Below are positions 21,777 to 32,144 of a DNA stretch of 32,144 bases, in pieces (positions within the stretch are counted from its first letter, which is position 1; the number at the start of each line of letters is the position of its first letter). Source of the DNA: Dehalococcoidia bacterium (GTDB taxonomy: Bacteria > Chloroflexota > Dehalococcoidia > Dehalococcoidales > JAUVZE01); contig SOJS01000012.1 in assembly GCA_004376435.1 (NCBI GenBank), positions 1-32,144 on the forward strand. Direction: 5' to 3'. A program made the position numbers and the translations under genes. The notes under the pieces were generated by a model that worked only from the letters and a program-made list of their open reading frames with translations, made no database searches and had not been told where the DNA came from.

Positions 21777-24700
21777 ATGTTTCAGCCAATTACCAGCAAG
21801 GTAAACTTTCCACAGCTTGAGGAGAGGATACTCAAGCTGTGGCAGAAAAATAATGTCTTTGAGCGCAGTGTGGAAGGTCGCCGTGGCTCTCCCCGCTTTG
21901 TATTATATGAGGGACCGCCAACGGCTAACGGCAGCCCTGGGATACACCATGTGCTGACTCGCATCTTTAAGGATGTAATTCCACGCTACAAGGCAATGAA
22001 AGGCTATTACACCCCACGTCAGGCAGGCTGGGATACGCATGGACTGCCCATAGAGCTGGAGGTGGAAAGGGGGCTTGGCTTTTCGGGAAAAGCCCAGATT
22101 GAGCAGTATGGCATTGACAAGTTCAATGCCCGCTGCCGGCAGAGCGTCTTTAGCTACCTCAAGAAGTGGGAGGCGCTGACCGAGCGCATCGGCTTCTGGA
22201 TTGACCTTGAGCACCCCTACATCACCATGGACAACAACTACATTGAGACTGGCTGGTGGGCAATAAAGCAGCTCTGGGACCGGGGGCTGGTCTATCAGGG
22301 TTACAAGGTTACCCCCCACTGCCCCCGCTGCGGCACCTCCTTAAGCTCCCATGAGGTTGCTTTGGGCTATCAGGATAATGTTGCCGACCCCTCGGTTTAT
22401 GTAAAGTTTAAGGTGGCAAAATTAGATGACTCCGAGGCGCAGAAACGGCTCCTCAATCTCCTTGGGGGAAAGGTGGCCTACCTTCTGGCATGGACGACGA
22501 CACCTTGGACGCTGCCGGGCAATACAGCTCTGGCAGTGGCTCCCGATGCCGAGTATACCATTGTAGAAGTAAATAACGAATATCTTATTCTGGCTGATAG
22601 CCGGCGCGAAAAGGCAGGGCTGGGGGGCAACAAGGTGGTGGCGAGGGTAACAGGCAGGGAACTAGTAAATCTTCACTATCAGCCCCTTTTTAACCCCCAT
22701 AACTATGGGGTGGAACGCAAGGCTTTTCAGGCGGTTTTAGATGAGGGGGGTGGCCAGCATATCAGCCTCCAGACACAGAAGCCCAAAAAAGACCTGAGCT
22801 ACCCTGTAATCGCTACTGATTTTGTGGCGCTGGATGAAGGCACTGGTATTGTCCACATCGCCCCGGCTTATGGTGAGGTTGACTATCAGACAGGAGAGGA
22901 CTACAAACTGGACTTTGTCCACATGGTGGATTTGGAGGGGGTAATTAGCGGAAATTATCCCTTCTCTGGCAAGTTTGTTAAAGATGCTGACCCTCTTATT
23001 TTAGATGACCTGAAGTCAAGGAATCTGCTGTTACGCAGTGAGACAATTAGCCACACCTACCCCTTCTGCTGGCGCTGTGAGGCACCCCTTCTTTACTACG
23101 CCAAGCAGACCTGGTATATCAGGACAACAGCGGTCAAAGAAAGGCTTATTGCCGGCAACAAGGAGATAAACTGGTACCCGGCCCACATAAAATACGGGCG
23201 CTTTGGCGACTGGCTGGAAAACAATGTAGACTGGGCTTTCTCCCGTGAGCGTTACTGGGGGACGCCCCTGCCAATATGGCACTGCGCGTCCTGTGGCCGC
23301 TATGAGTGTGTCGGCAGTGTTGGTGAATTAAAGGGGAAGGACGGGTTTAGCGGACTTAAAGAGCCGCTGGATTTGCACCGCCCCTTTGTTGATGAGGTTA
23401 CCTTTACCTGCCCCCAGTGCCAGGGCAGGATGAAGCGGGTGAGCGAGGTAATTGACTGCTGGTTTGATTCCGGAGCCATGCCCATAGCCCAATGGCACTA
23501 CCCCTTTGACAATGAGAGCCTATTTGAAGACGGGCGTTTTCCCGCCGACTATATCTGTGAAGCAGTTGACCAGACCCGCGGCTGGTTTTATAGCCTGCAC
23601 GCCATCTCCACCCTTCTCTTTGACCGCCCCTGCTTTAAGAATGTTATCTGCCTGGGACACATTCTTGATGCCAAAGGGGAGAAGATGAGCAAGGCCAAAG
23701 GGAATGTGGTTGAACCAGGGACAATAATTGATAAATACGGGGCTGATGCCCTGCGCTGGTACTTCTTCACCAGCACAGCGCCGGGTAATGTGCGCCGCTT
23801 CTCAGAAGAGCTGGTCGCCGAGGGTGCCCGCCGCTTCCTGCTGACGCTGTGGAATGTCTACTCCTTTTTTGTCACCTACGCCAATATAGATAATTTTACC
23901 CCTACCTCAGAGACGCCGTCATATCAGTCAGAGCTTGATAGATGGATTATCTCCGAGCTTCAGTCACTTATAGTTGATGTTGATAAGTCACTGGATGGCT
24001 ATAACCCGACCGAGGCCGGGCGAAAAATAGAGGACTTTGTTGACATTCTGTCCAACTGGTATGTGCGCCGCAGCCGGCGGCGGTTCTGGAAGAGTGAGAG
24101 TGATGATGATAAGCTGGCAGCTTATAACACCCTCTACCAGTGTCTGGTTACGCTATCCAAGCTGCTGGCGCCACTAGCACCATTTCTGGCCGAGGAAATC
24201 TATCAAAACCTGGTTATCTCGGCATTCCCCCAGGCTCCAGATAGCGTCCACCTGACTGACTTTCCCGAGGCGGATGAATCCAAAATTGATAAACAGCTGG
24301 CGGCTGATACCCGACTGGCGATGAAGATATCAAGTCTGGGGCGGGCTGCCCGCAGTCAGGCAGGGATAAAGGTGCGCCAGCCATTGGCGATTAACTATGT
24401 CAGCACCAGTTCAAAACAGGAACAACTGAGTTTGCAGAAGGTTAAGCCACAGATACTGGAGGAACTGAACATAAAAGACCTGCAATTTATTGATAATGTG
24501 GGTAAGCTGGACAAAGAAGGTTATATCATTAGCTCGGAAGGTGGCTACTCAGTGGCTATTCCAACTGAGATTCCCCCCGAGCTTAAAGATGAGGGAACGG
24601 CGCGGGAGGTAGTGCACCGCCTGCAGACAATGCGCCGCTCGGCGGGCTTTGATATTGCCGACTATATTGTTACCTACTATCAGGGAAATGATTACCTAAA

Positions 24701-24848
24701 GCAGGTAATAGCCGATTTTGGTGACTATATTAAGCAGGAAACGCTATCCCGCCAGCTTGTTGATGGGGCTCCCCAAGCCGATGCCTACAGCGAAAGCCAC
24801 AAACTTGGTGGCTATGACATACTACTGGGTGTGAAGAGGCTGAGCTAG
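21777..24848 (+). CDS. ileS: Isoleucyl-tRNA synthetase
   Basis: 1023 aa. HIGH-type motif PPTANGSPGIHHV, the editing (CP1) region, KMSKS motif KMSKAKGN and WCISRQ-like WAFSRERYWGTPLP. Confidence 0.95.
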   Translation: MFQPITSKVNFPQLEERILKLWQKNNVFERSVEGRRGSPRFVLYEGPPTANGSPGIHHVLTRIFKDVIPRYKAMKGYYTPRQAGWDTHGLPIELEVERGLGFSGKAQIEQYGIDKFNARCRQSVFSYLKKWEALTERIGFWIDLEHPYITMDNNYIETGWWAIKQLWDRGLVYQGYKVTPHCPRCGTSLSSHEVALGYQDNVADPSVYVKFKVAKLDDSEAQKRLLNLLGGKVAYLLAWTTTPWTLPGNTALAVAPDAEYTIVEVNNEYLILADSRREKAGLGGNKVVARVTGRELVNLHYQPLFNPHNYGVERKAFQAVLDEGGGQHISLQTQKPKKDLSYPVIATDFVALDEGTGIVHIAPAYGEVDYQTGEDYKLDFVHMVDLEGVISGNYPFSGKFVKDADPLILDDLKSRNLLLRSETISHTYPFCWRCEAPLLYYAKQTWYIRTTAVKERLIAGNKEINWYPAHIKYGRFGDWLENNVDWAFSRERYWGTPLPIWHCASCGRYECVGSVGELKGKDGFSGLKEPLDLHRPFVDEVTFTCPQCQGRMKRVSEVIDCWFDSGAMPIAQWHYPFDNESLFEDGRFPADYICEAVDQTRGWFYSLHAISTLLFDRPCFKNVICLGHILDAKGEKMSKAKGNVVEPGTIIDKYGADALRWYFFTSTAPGNVRRFSEELVAEGARRFLLTLWNVYSFFVTYANIDNFTPTSETPSYQSELDRWIISELQSLIVDVDKSLDGYNPTEAGRKIEDFVDILSNWYVRRSRRRFWKSESDDDKLAAYNTLYQCLVTLSKLLAPLAPFLAEEIYQNLVISAFPQAPDSVHLTDFPEADESKIDKQLAADTRLAMKISSLGRAARSQAGIKVRQPLAINYVSTSSKQEQLSLQKVKPQILEELNIKDLQFIDNVGKLDKEGYIISSEGGYSVAIPTEIPPELKDEGTAREVVHRLQTMRRSAGFDIADYIVTYYQGNDYLKQVIADFGDYIKQETLSRQLVDGAPQADAYSESHKLGGYDILLGVKRLS

Positions 24849-25960
24849 CGGGATGGGGACTCCACCAGCACGGCATGAGTGGTATTTTTACTGCCACCCC
24901 GCCACAAGATTATCTTCACCTTCTGTCCAATCTGGCTGGAGTGGATAGCCTGGATTAGGTCCTGCGCCGTGGCTATCTTTTTACCATCCAGGCTAACAAT
25001 AACATCACTCGCCTCAATGCCGGCTTCATCAGCCGGGCTGCCAGCGGCAACCTCGGTAATAAAAGCCCCCTCGTCTACCTCAAGGTCATAGCGGGATATT
25101 ACATATTGGTCAACACTCCGCACCACCACTCCAAGATAAGGGCGAACCACATAGCCGACCTTGATTAGCTGCTCAATGATTGACTCGGCTGTGTTAATGC
25201 TGATAGCATAGCCCATACCCTCAACGCCGACGGTGGCAATCTTAATGCTGGTAATGCCAATCACCTCTCCCGCCAGGTTGACCAGCGGACCACCACTGTT
25301 ACCCGGATTGATAGCAGCGCTGGTTTCAATAAGGTCATATAGCATCTGCCCCGAGGATACCACAATGGAAACCTCGAGGCGGCTGACGATGCCCTCCTTG
25401 GCACTTATCCCCAGCCCCAGCGGATTACCGATAGCCACCACCCAATCACCGACCCGCAGTTGAGAAGAGTCGCCGATACTGGCTGCCGGCAGGTTTTGGG
25501 CATCAATCTTGATTACCGCCAGATCACTGAGAGAGTCGGTTCGTATTGTTTCGGCGGCAAAGGTCCTGCCATCGCTTAGGGTAACAGTAACCATCTCCGC
25601 CCCCTCAACGACATGGTTATTGGTCACGATAATGCCGTCCCCATCTATAATCCACCCCGAACCAGCCCCCTCCTGAACACTGGGGCGGTTGAAGATGTCA
25701 AGGGTCACCGTCTCGGTGTTGATAGCCACCACTGATGGCTTAACCACAGCCACGACATCGGCAATACTGGGCAGCAGCGAAGCGCCGCCATCTTCTTGTG
25801 GTAGCGTCCAGTCAGGGTTGATAGGTATAGTGGTGGTCGGTGGTGATGAGCTGGGCGGGGAGAAAATATCTATATCAGGTATCTGGCAGCTTGTCCCCAG
25901 AAGAAGGGATAGGACTAAAATAAAACAAGCTACCACATATTTTATCTTTGCCCTGTTCAT
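24845..25960 (-). CDS. htrA: HtrA/DegP-family serine protease with one PDZ domain, probable lipoprotein
   Basis: Catalytic His (TNNHVV), Asp (SDLAVIKI) and Ser (GNSGGPL). C-terminal PDZ (GAFITEVAAGSPADEAGIEASDVI). Lipobox-like LLLGTSC. I prefer ATG 25960 to the TTG at 25987 used by the track. Confidence 0.88.
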   Translation of the reverse strand: MNRAKIKYVVACFILVLSLLLGTSCQIPDIDIFSPPSSSPPTTTIPINPDWTLPQEDGGASLLPSIADVVAVVKPSVVAINTETVTLDIFNRPSVQEGAGSGWIIDGDGIIVTNNHVVEGAEMVTVTLSDGRTFAAETIRTDSLSDLAVIKIDAQNLPAASIGDSSQLRVGDWVVAIGNPLGLGISAKEGIVSRLEVSIVVSSGQMLYDLIETSAAINPGNSGGPLVNLAGEVIGITSIKIATVGVEGMGYAISINTAESIIEQLIKVGYVVRPYLGVVVRSVDQYVISRYDLEVDEGAFITEVAAGSPADEAGIEASDVIVSLDGKKIATAQDLIQAIHSSQIGQKVKIILWRGGSKNTTHAVLVESPSR

Positions 25961-25970
25961 AGTCGCCTTT

Positions 25971-25999
25971 ATTGTAGCATAGGGCAAAAATCAGGGCAA
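25971..25999 (-). promoter_or_regulatory. Candidate htrA promoter, very close to the start codon
   Basis: On the minus strand: TTGCCC (25999-25994), 17-nt spacer, TACAAT (25976-25971). Only 10 nt separate the -10 from ATG 25960. Confidence 0.35.
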
Positions 26000-26005
26000 A
26001 AAATA

Positions 26006-26034
26006 GGGGGGCTGGGTATTTACCCCAGCCCCCC
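26006..26034 (-). terminator. Rho-independent terminator of the trpB2 gene
   Basis: Perfect 11-bp GC-rich stem GGGGGGCTGGG (26006-16) / CCCAGCCCCCC (26024-34) with a 7-nt loop. On the minus strand it is followed by TATTTTTTG. It begins 6 nt after the trpB2 stop. Confidence 0.7.
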
Positions 26035-26040
26035 TGATAA

Positions 26041-27408
26041 CTAGGTTATCTGGGGCAGGGAGGCAAGCGCCTCCTTTACCTTTTCCTCGGGATACTCGTA
26101 ATCCTTTAGCCTGCCAGAGAGGTACTCATCATAGGCAGCCAGGTCAAAGTGCCCGTGTCCGCTGTGAGCCAGCAGTATTGTCTTTGCCTCGCCAGACTCC
26201 TTGCAGGCAAGGGCTTCATCAATAACTACCTTGATGGCGTGGTTTGGCTCGGGGGCAGAGATGATACCCTCGGTGCGGGCAAAGGTTACCCCAGCTTTGA
26301 AGGTAGCCAGCTGGTGCTCAGCCCTGGCTTCAACCAGGCCCAGCTTGTAGAGATGGCAGATTATGGGCGCCATGCCGTGGTAGCGCAGACCGCCAGCATG
26401 GACAGGGGGCGGCACAAAGGTATGACCCAAGGTGTACATCTTGAGTATCGGGGCAAGCCCGGCTTCGTCCCCGTAGTCCCAGGTATAGGGGCCCTTGGTC
26501 AAGCTGGGGCAGGCTTGAGGCTCGGCGCAGATGACGCGCAGGTCTGGCTTCGCCCCACTAATTTTATCCCTGATCCAGGGTAGGAATTGCCCGGCAAAGT
26601 TTGAGCCGCCACCAATACAGCCGACGATAATATCAGGGTAGGCGTCTGCCATCTCCATTTGTTTTCGGCACTCCTCTCCAACAATGGTCTGGTGGAGAAG
26701 GACATGGTTGGTGACACTGCCTATGGAGTACTTGGTATCATCATGGGCAAAGGCATCCTCGATGGCTTCGCTGATGGCAATCCCCAGGCTACCAGTAGAA
26801 TCAGGGTTCTCCTTAAGAATGCGGCGTCCTACCTCGGTGTCCGGGCTGGGGCTGGGAACACACTGTGCCCCCCAGGTCTCCATCAGCATACGGCGATAGG
26901 GCTTCTGATTGTAGCTTACCCTGACCATATAGACCTTTAGCTCAAGACCAAAGAACATAGCGCCCATAGCCAGGGCACTGCCCCACTGCCCGGCACCGGT
27001 CTCGGTGGCCAGGCGCTTGAATCCCTCCTTCTTGGCATAGTAAGCCTGAGCCACTGCCGTGTTTGGCTTGTGGCTACCGGCCGGGCTTACTCCTTCATAT
27101 TTGTAGAAAATCTTGGCTGGTGTGGATAAAGCCTTTTCCAAGCGGTGTGCCCGATATAACGGCGTCGGCCGCCACAGTCTATAGATGCTCTGCACCTCCT
27201 CCGGGATTTCAATGTAGCGCTCCTTACTGAACTCCTGCTTATTAATAGCATCAGGGAAAAGCGGCGGCGGCAGGGGCATATCCAGAGGGCAGGGTTCCTT
27301 GGTGACCGGATGGCGTTCGGGTGGTAGCGGCTGCGGTAAATCGGGCAGGATGTTATACCAGGCTGTCGGCATTTCCTTTGGGTCAAGGGGGTACATTGTT
27401 CTTTCCAT
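26041..27408 (-). CDS. TrpB2-type tryptophan synthase beta-chain paralogue
   Basis: About 455 aa. Long N-terminal extension ([14 protein letters not shown]...), PLP-Lys region [19 protein letters not shown], and [14 protein letters not shown]. It is clearly distinct from the canonical TrpB at 28291-29493. ATG 27408 has AGGAGG 6 nt upstream; the track start 27414 abuts the RBS. Confidence 0.85.
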   Translation of the reverse strand: MERTMYPLDPKEMPTAWYNILPDLPQPLPPERHPVTKEPCPLDMPLPPPLFPDAINKQEFSKERYIEIPEEVQSIYRLWRPTPLYRAHRLEKALSTPAKIFYKYEGVSPAGSHKPNTAVAQAYYAKKEGFKRLATETGAGQWGSALAMGAMFFGLELKVYMVRVSYNQKPYRRMLMETWGAQCVPSPSPDTEVGRRILKENPDSTGSLGIAISEAIEDAFAHDDTKYSIGSVTNHVLLHQTIVGEECRKQMEMADAYPDIIVGCIGGGSNFAGQFLPWIRDKISGAKPDLRVICAEPQACPSLTKGPYTWDYGDEAGLAPILKMYTLGHTFVPPPVHAGGLRYHGMAPIICHLYKLGLVEARAEHQLATFKAGVTFARTEGIISAPEPNHAIKVVIDEALACKESGEAKTILLAHSGHGHFDLAAYDEYLSGRLKDYEYPEEKVKEALASLPQIT

Positions 27409-27438
27409 TTTCATCCTCCTTTAGTTTTTTTAAGTTTC

Positions 27439-27467
27439 ATTTTAAATTGTCAGCCGATTTTAATCAA
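27439..27467 (-). promoter_or_regulatory. Candidate own promoter of trpB2
   Basis: On the minus strand: TTGATT (27467-27462), 17-nt spacer, TAAAAT (27444-27439), within the 115-nt trpA-trpB2 gap. Confidence 0.4.
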
Positions 27468-27523
27468 GGTATCCAAGTCACCTTTTCTTCCTACCCTCCT
27501 TTTGCTCTGCTATCTTTGTTATA

Positions 27524-28294
27524 TTAACCCAAAGCCACTCGTAAGCTTGAAATAAAGGTTTTCAGGGAAGAAAGTGTGCCGTCCTCCTCAATAAGCTGAA
27601 TAAGACGGCTACCGACAATGATGCCGTCAGCCACCTTGGCTACCCGCCTTGCCTGCTCGGCATTGGCGATACCAAAGCCAACACAGAGAGGCTGGGTTGC
27701 TTTCTTCCTCACCCGCCTGACAAATTCCTCCAGTTCGGCAGGCAGGGTCTTTCTGGCACCGGTAACACCGGTCAGGGAAACGAGATAGATAAAGCCGCCG
27801 GACTTTTCGGCTACTATGGAGACGCGCTCCCCGGTGCTGGTGGGGGCTAATAAATAGATAAGGTCAAGATTTAGTTTTCTGGTTATAGCTTCCAGCTCGC
27901 TCCCCTCCTCTACTGGCAGGTCAGGAATTATCAGCCCATCAACTCCAGCCCCGGCGACCGCCCGGCAGAAGGCTTCCAGCCCAAAGCTAAACACCGGGTT
28001 GTAATAGGTCATAAAAACAAGCGGCATCGTCAGCTTCTGGCTCAGCTTACCGGCTACCTCCAGGCACGTTTGGCGGCTAGTCCCCTGCTTTAGTGCCTGG
28101 TAGCTTGCCCTCTGAATGGTGACACCGTCAGCCAGGGGGTCGGAGAAGGGGATGCCGAGCTCAATGATATCACAGCCGCTATCTGCCAAGACGGAGGCTA
28201 CCTTATAGGTTGTCTCTATATCGGGGTAGCCTACCGTGAGATAGGCAATCAGCGCCTTATGACCGGGCTTGAAAACAGAGGCGATACGGCTCAT
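27524..28294 (-). CDS. trpA: Tryptophan synthase alpha chain
   Basis: [12 protein letters not shown]...[20 protein letters not shown]...[10 protein letters not shown]. Its start overlaps the trpB stop by 4 nt. Confidence 0.92.
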   Translation of the reverse strand: MSRIASVFKPGHKALIAYLTVGYPDIETTYKVASVLADSGCDIIELGIPFSDPLADGVTIQRASYQALKQGTSRQTCLEVAGKLSQKLTMPLVFMTYYNPVFSFGLEAFCRAVAGAGVDGLIIPDLPVEEGSELEAITRKLNLDLIYLLAPTSTGERVSIVAEKSGGFIYLVSLTGVTGARKTLPAELEEFVRRVRKKATQPLCVGFGIANAEQARRVAKVADGIIVGSRLIQLIEEDGTLSSLKTFISSLRVALG

Positions 28295-29493
28295 AGCTCC
28301 CTTCCTTCTGCTTGATAGACAATATCCAGGTCTTTATCACCGCGACCGGAAAGGTTGACAACGATAAGCTTATCCGATGGCAGACCAGCCGCCAGCTCAG
28401 CAGTGTAGTAGATGGCGTGGGCTGGCTCCAGCGCCGGGATTATACCCTCGGTATGAGAAAGGAGCTTAAAGCCCTCCAGAGCCTGGGTGTCGCTAACGGC
28501 AACATAGGTGGCGCGCCCTGTCTCCTTGTAGTAACTATGCTCCGGTCCCACCCCAGGATAGTCCAGCCCGGGGGCAATACTGTGAGTTGGCATTATCTGC
28601 CCGTTATCGTCCTGAAGTAGATATGACTTGGTGCCATGCAGCACCCCAACCTTGCCGACAGCCAGTGATGCCGCATGTTTATCTGTCGCCAAACCCTTCC
28701 CCGCCGCCTCAACGCCAATAAATTTGACGCTTTTCTGGCTAAAGAAGGGGTGGAAGAGACCGATGGCATTACTGCCGCCGCCAACACAGGCAATCAGATA
28801 ATCAGGCAGGCGCTGGTAGGTAGCCAATATCTGCTCCTTTGTCTCCTGCCCGATTATTGACTGAAAATTTCTCACTATCATCGGGTAGGGGTAGGGACCG
28901 ACCACGGAACCGAGGAGATAGTAGCTATCATTGACATTGCTCACCCAGTCACGGATAGTCTCGTTGATGGCATCCTTCAGGGTGCGGCTGCCCGAGGAAA
29001 CAGGGCGCACTTCGCCACCGAGCAGTTTGATGCGGAAGACATTGGGCGACTGGCGCTTGATGTCCTCTTCCCCCATATAGATGATACACTTTAGACCGAG
29101 CATAGCGCACACCGCCGCCACCGCCACCCCGTGCTGACCGGCACCGGTCTCGGCGATAACCCTTTTCTTGCCCATCCTCTTCGCCAGCAGGCCCTGCCCC
29201 AGGGCGTTGTTAATCTTGTGTGCCCCGGTATGAGCCAGGTCCTCGCGCTTGAGCAGGATGGTGGCGGCGCCTATCTTCGCTGATAGCTGCTTCGCCGCAT
29301 ACAGGGGGGTGGGGCGGCCAATATAGTGCCGACACAAGTGCTGAAACTGCTGCTGGAAGTCAGGGTCAGCCTGAGCTTTAGCATAGGCTAACTCCAGCTC
29401 CTTAAGGGCCGGCATCAGCGTCTCGGGGACGAACATGCCGCCAAACTGCCCGAAGTAACCGCGGCCGTCGGGTAGCCTTCTACTGGCGGTCAT
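28291..29493 (-). CDS. trpB: Tryptophan synthase beta chain (canonical TrpB1)
   Basis: [15 protein letters not shown]...[19 protein letters not shown]...[10 protein letters not shown]...GGGSNAIG...LSGRGDKD. Confidence 0.95.
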   Translation of the reverse strand: MTASRRLPDGRGYFGQFGGMFVPETLMPALKELELAYAKAQADPDFQQQFQHLCRHYIGRPTPLYAAKQLSAKIGAATILLKREDLAHTGAHKINNALGQGLLAKRMGKKRVIAETGAGQHGVAVAAVCAMLGLKCIIYMGEEDIKRQSPNVFRIKLLGGEVRPVSSGSRTLKDAINETIRDWVSNVNDSYYLLGSVVGPYPYPMIVRNFQSIIGQETKEQILATYQRLPDYLIACVGGGSNAIGLFHPFFSQKSVKFIGVEAAGKGLATDKHAASLAVGKVGVLHGTKSYLLQDDNGQIMPTHSIAPGLDYPGVGPEHSYYKETGRATYVAVSDTQALEGFKLLSHTEGIIPALEPAHAIYYTAELAAGLPSDKLIVVNLSGRGDKDLDIVYQAEGREL

Positions 29494-30130
29494 CGCTTCT
29501 CCTTACGGCTTCAATAAAAGCCTTAATTTTAGCTTCATCTTTGACCCCATCCACCTCCACCCCTGAGGAGACATCCACCCCCCAGGGTGATACTATCCTG
29601 ATTGCCTGGGCGACATTGTGCGCATTAAGGCCGCCGGCGATAATCACCGGGAAATGCTCGGCTACCGGCTGCGCCCGACCCCAGTCAAAGGCAACACCAC
29701 TGCCACCATATTTGCCCTTAACACAGGAGTCAACAAGGTAGAGATGCTTCTTGCCGGAGAGCGCCTTTTCTCCCTTGGTTAGATGGGCAACGATTTCCTC
29801 AGGACTCTCCCAGCCTATCCAAACTGCCTTAATTACTGGTCTGGCTATCTGGCGGCAGTGCTCCCAGGGCTCATCACCGCTTAGCTGCACCCAGTCCAGA
29901 TGGCAGTAATCGGCAATCCGGTTTACCTCAGCGGCCGGGGTATTGACAAAAACACCAACCACAGCTATCTTATTATTTTCTCTGACGACACTAGCTATAT
30001 CACGCGCCCGCTCTGGGGTTATCTGCCGTCCACTGGGAGCAAAGACCAGCCCGATAAAGTCGCCCCCGGCACGGGCGACAGCCCGGGCGTGAGCTTCTTC
30101 CTTAATGCCGCAAACCTTGACCCGGGTCAT
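29480..30130 (-). CDS. trpF: Phosphoribosylanthranilate isomerase
   Basis: [15 protein letters not shown]...[15 protein letters not shown]...VQLSGDE...[11 protein letters not shown], positioned between trpC and trpB. Confidence 0.9.
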   Translation of the reverse strand: MTRVKVCGIKEEAHARAVARAGGDFIGLVFAPSGRQITPERARDIASVVRENNKIAVVGVFVNTPAAEVNRIADYCHLDWVQLSGDEPWEHCRQIARPVIKAVWIGWESPEEIVAHLTKGEKALSGKKHLYLVDSCVKGKYGGSGVAFDWGRAQPVAEHFPVIIAGGLNAHNVAQAIRIVSPWGVDVSSGVEVDGVKDEAKIKAFIEAVRRSDDRQ

Positions 30131-30906
30131 AGTATCAGCTCCCTCATCTTTGCCTTGATATCACTACTTGTAACCAGAGCCTCACCTACCAGCACCGCAT
30201 TAACCCCCCACCCTTTTAGCTTCTCCACATCACCACGACAGCTGATGCCGCTCTCACTGACCACAGTCAGCGTCTGAGGAATAAGGGGGCGCAGGCGGCA
30301 GGCGGTGTTAATATCAACTTTAAAAGTATTAAGGTCCCGGTTGTTGATGCCAATAACCTCCGCCCGGCTGAGGAGCGCCCTTTTCAGCTCAGCCTCAGTA
30401 TGAACCTCAACCAGACACCCTAAACCGAGGCTACCACTTAAGGCAAGGAGCTCCTCAAGCTCCCCCTGGCTTAGGATAGCCACTATCAGCAGCAGGGCAT
30501 CAGCCCCGTAAGCCCGCGACTCATATACCTGATACGGGTCAAGGATAAAGTCCTTCCTCAGCAGGGGAAGGCTGGTTTCTTCCCTGACCGCCGCCAGATG
30601 GTCAAGGCTGCCGCCAAAGTATTTGGCCTCGGTCAGCACCGAGATTGCCGCCGCCCCTCCCTGAGTGTAGCTGCGGGCTAACCCAACGGGGTCAAAGTCA
30701 GGGCAGAGAACCCCACGCGATGGTGATGCCCGCTTTATCTCAGCAATCAACTTGGTGCCGTCACCCCTGAGGGCAAGGGCAAAATCAACCGGCGCCGGCC
30801 GCCGGGCGATGCTCTCCTTAAGGCGGGGCAGGGGCAGGCTCTTTTTCCTCTGCTCAACCTCCCCCCTCTTTTGAGCGATAATCTTATCCAGCATCTTCCT
30901 TTCCAA
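30127..30906 (-). CDS. trpC: Indole-3-glycerol-phosphate synthase
   Basis: LIAEIKRASPSRGVL...ISVLTEAKYFGGS...LLRKDFILDPYQVYE...GINNRDLNTF...VSESGI. Confidence 0.92.
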   Translation of the reverse strand: MERKMLDKIIAQKRGEVEQRKKSLPLPRLKESIARRPAPVDFALALRGDGTKLIAEIKRASPSRGVLCPDFDPVGLARSYTQGGAAAISVLTEAKYFGGSLDHLAAVREETSLPLLRKDFILDPYQVYESRAYGADALLLIVAILSQGELEELLALSGSLGLGCLVEVHTEAELKRALLSRAEVIGINNRDLNTFKVDINTACRLRPLIPQTLTVVSESGISCRGDVEKLKGWGVNAVLVGEALVTSSDIKAKMRELIL

Positions 30907-30908
30907 TT

Positions 30909-31925
30909 TTAACCCAAGCTCTGGCTGAGCCTGACCAGCTTATCAAGCTTCTCCATAGCCTGTCGGCTATCAATCGCCTCCTCGGCAAGGCGAGCCCCCT
31001 CCTTAAGGTCAGCAGCCATATTGCCGGCGACCAGAGCGGCGGCAGTATTCATCACCGCCACATCCCGCCTCGCTCCCCTCTCCCCTTCCAGGATGCGGCG
31101 CAGTATTTTGGCACTCTCTTCAGGTGTGCCGCCCTTAATTTCAGCCAGACTTGCCTCCTTAAAGCCAAAATGGGGCGGCGAGACTTGATAGGGCGGTGAT
31201 ACTCCGCTCTCATTAACCTCCCACACCAGCGAGCTGGCGGTGATTGAGATTTCATCCATACCATCAGTGCCGTGCACCACCAGGGCATGTTTTGTCCCCA
31301 GGCGGTGGAGGACAAGGGCAATCTTCTCCCCCAGCTCTTTGGTAGGAACGCCAATTACCTGATACTCAGCCCGGGCGGGGTTGGTCAGGGGTCCGAGGAT
31401 ATTAAATACAGTGCGCACACCAATCTCACGGCGGGGGGCGGCGGCATGCTTCATCGCCGGGTGGAAGATAGGGGCAAACATAAAGCCAATGCCCACCTTC
31501 TCCAGGCACTCAGCCACCGCCTCAGCGCCGAGGTCAATCTTGACCCCCAGTGCCTCCAGAACATCGGCACTGCCACAGTGGCTGCTCATTGCCCGGTTGC
31601 CGTGCTTGGCTACCCTGAGCCCGGCGCCGGCGGCAATCAGGGCGGCGGCAGTGGAGATATTAAAGCTGGAGGAGCTGTCACCGCCAGTGCCGCAGGTATC
31701 AACCAGCGGCCGGCTGGCTCTTACCGGCACTGCCCTAGCCCGCATAACACTAGCCAGCCCGGCAATCTCATCCACTGTCTCCCCCTTAATTCTCAGTGCG
31801 GTGACAAAGGCGCCAAACTGGGCCGGCGTCGCCTCGCCGCTCATCAGTTCCTCCATTACCCCGGCAGCCTGCTCAAAGGTAAGCGAATTACCTGAAACCA
31901 GGGTGTCTATTGCTTCTTTAATCAT
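30909..31925 (-). CDS. trpD: Anthranilate phosphoribosyltransferase
   Basis: [53 protein letters not shown]...NPA, a typical TrpD glycine-rich PRPP motif. Confidence 0.93.
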   Translation of the reverse strand: MIKEAIDTLVSGNSLTFEQAAGVMEELMSGEATPAQFGAFVTALRIKGETVDEIAGLASVMRARAVPVRASRPLVDTCGTGGDSSSSFNISTAAALIAAGAGLRVAKHGNRAMSSHCGSADVLEALGVKIDLGAEAVAECLEKVGIGFMFAPIFHPAMKHAAAPRREIGVRTVFNILGPLTNPARAEYQVIGVPTKELGEKIALVLHRLGTKHALVVHGTDGMDEISITASSLVWEVNESGVSPPYQVSPPHFGFKEASLAEIKGGTPEESAKILRRILEGERGARRDVAVMNTAAALVAGNMAADLKEGARLAEEAIDSRQAMEKLDKLVRLSQSLG

Positions 31926-32144
31926 GGCTCTTTCCCCCGCTTAAGAAATTCCTGAGCAAGTCCTTCCCTACCGCGGTCATTATTGATTCCGGGTGGAACT
32001 GGACCCCCTCCACCGCAAAGCGGCGGTGGCGCAGTCCCATAATTATACCATTGGCTGTCCAGGCACTGACCTCAAGGCAATCAGGCAGACTGTCAGCCAC
32101 CACGGCTAATGAATGATAGCGGATGGCGGGGAAGGGGTTGGGCA
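31918..32144 (-). CDS. trpG: Anthranilate synthase component II (glutamine amidotransferase), C-terminal part; N-terminus lies beyond the right edge
   Basis: The frame stays open to the window edge: ...[54 protein letters not shown]... (GATase1 His/Glu region). It overlaps the trpD start by 8 nt. Confidence 0.85.
   Translation of the reverse strand, partial: PNPFPAIRYHSLAVVADSLPDCLEVSAWTANGIIMGLRHRRFAVEGVQFHPESIMTAVGKDLLRNFLSGGKSHD

Noticed and set aside
1-32144. CRISPR arrays, transposases, integrases, prophage genes, toxin-antitoxin pairs, and a compositional island
   Set aside because: I found no short-period direct-repeat arrays and no recombinase-like ORFs. The left half looks slightly more AT-rich in places (dctQ, the saccharopine-DH-like gene, the ABC genes), but I cannot quantify this reliably by eye, so I make no horizontal-transfer claim.

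Overview
Chromosomal window of about 50% GC (estimated by eye). The organism looks like an anaerobic, monoderm-type bacterium: both solute-binding proteins and two other exported proteins carry lipoboxes, and YidC is the short 5-TM form. I cannot assign a taxon without a database search; Chloroflexota/Dehalococcoidia-like is only a guess. Left half (1-16.6 kb) is a catabolic and transport neighbourhood. It holds a partial glutamate dehydrogenase and an orphan OmpR-type response regulator bracketed by inverted copies of a promoter/operator element. Next come a four-cluster ferredoxin + tungsten-type aldehyde:ferredoxin oxidoreductase (AOR) + MoaD-like operon, a TRAP transporter co-transcribed with a PatA/YgjG-like class-III aminotransferase, a saccharopine-dehydrogenase-family enzyme, and a five-gene Dpp/Opp-type ABC importer. 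Right half is housekeeping: tRNA-Asp, rpsF-ssb-rpsR, rpmH-rnpA-yidD-(PQQ beta-propeller lipoprotein)-yidC-jag and ileS. On the minus strand follow htrA, a TrpB2 paralogue and trpGDCFBA, with trpG cut by the right edge. No CRISPR array, transposase, integrase or rRNA was seen. The candidates most worth follow-up are: (1) a predicted ferredoxin-linked (AOR-dependent) amine / omega-amino-acid oxidation module with a shared phased-ATCAC operator; (2) a near-identical lipoprotein tether cassette shared at DNA level by two unrelated binding proteins; (3) a BamB-like eight-bladed propeller lipoprotein inserted in the yidD-yidC insertase operon of an apparently monoderm organism; (4) a 113-nt out-of-frame yidC/jag overlap. 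All functional calls rest on motif recognition by eye and from memory; no search was run.
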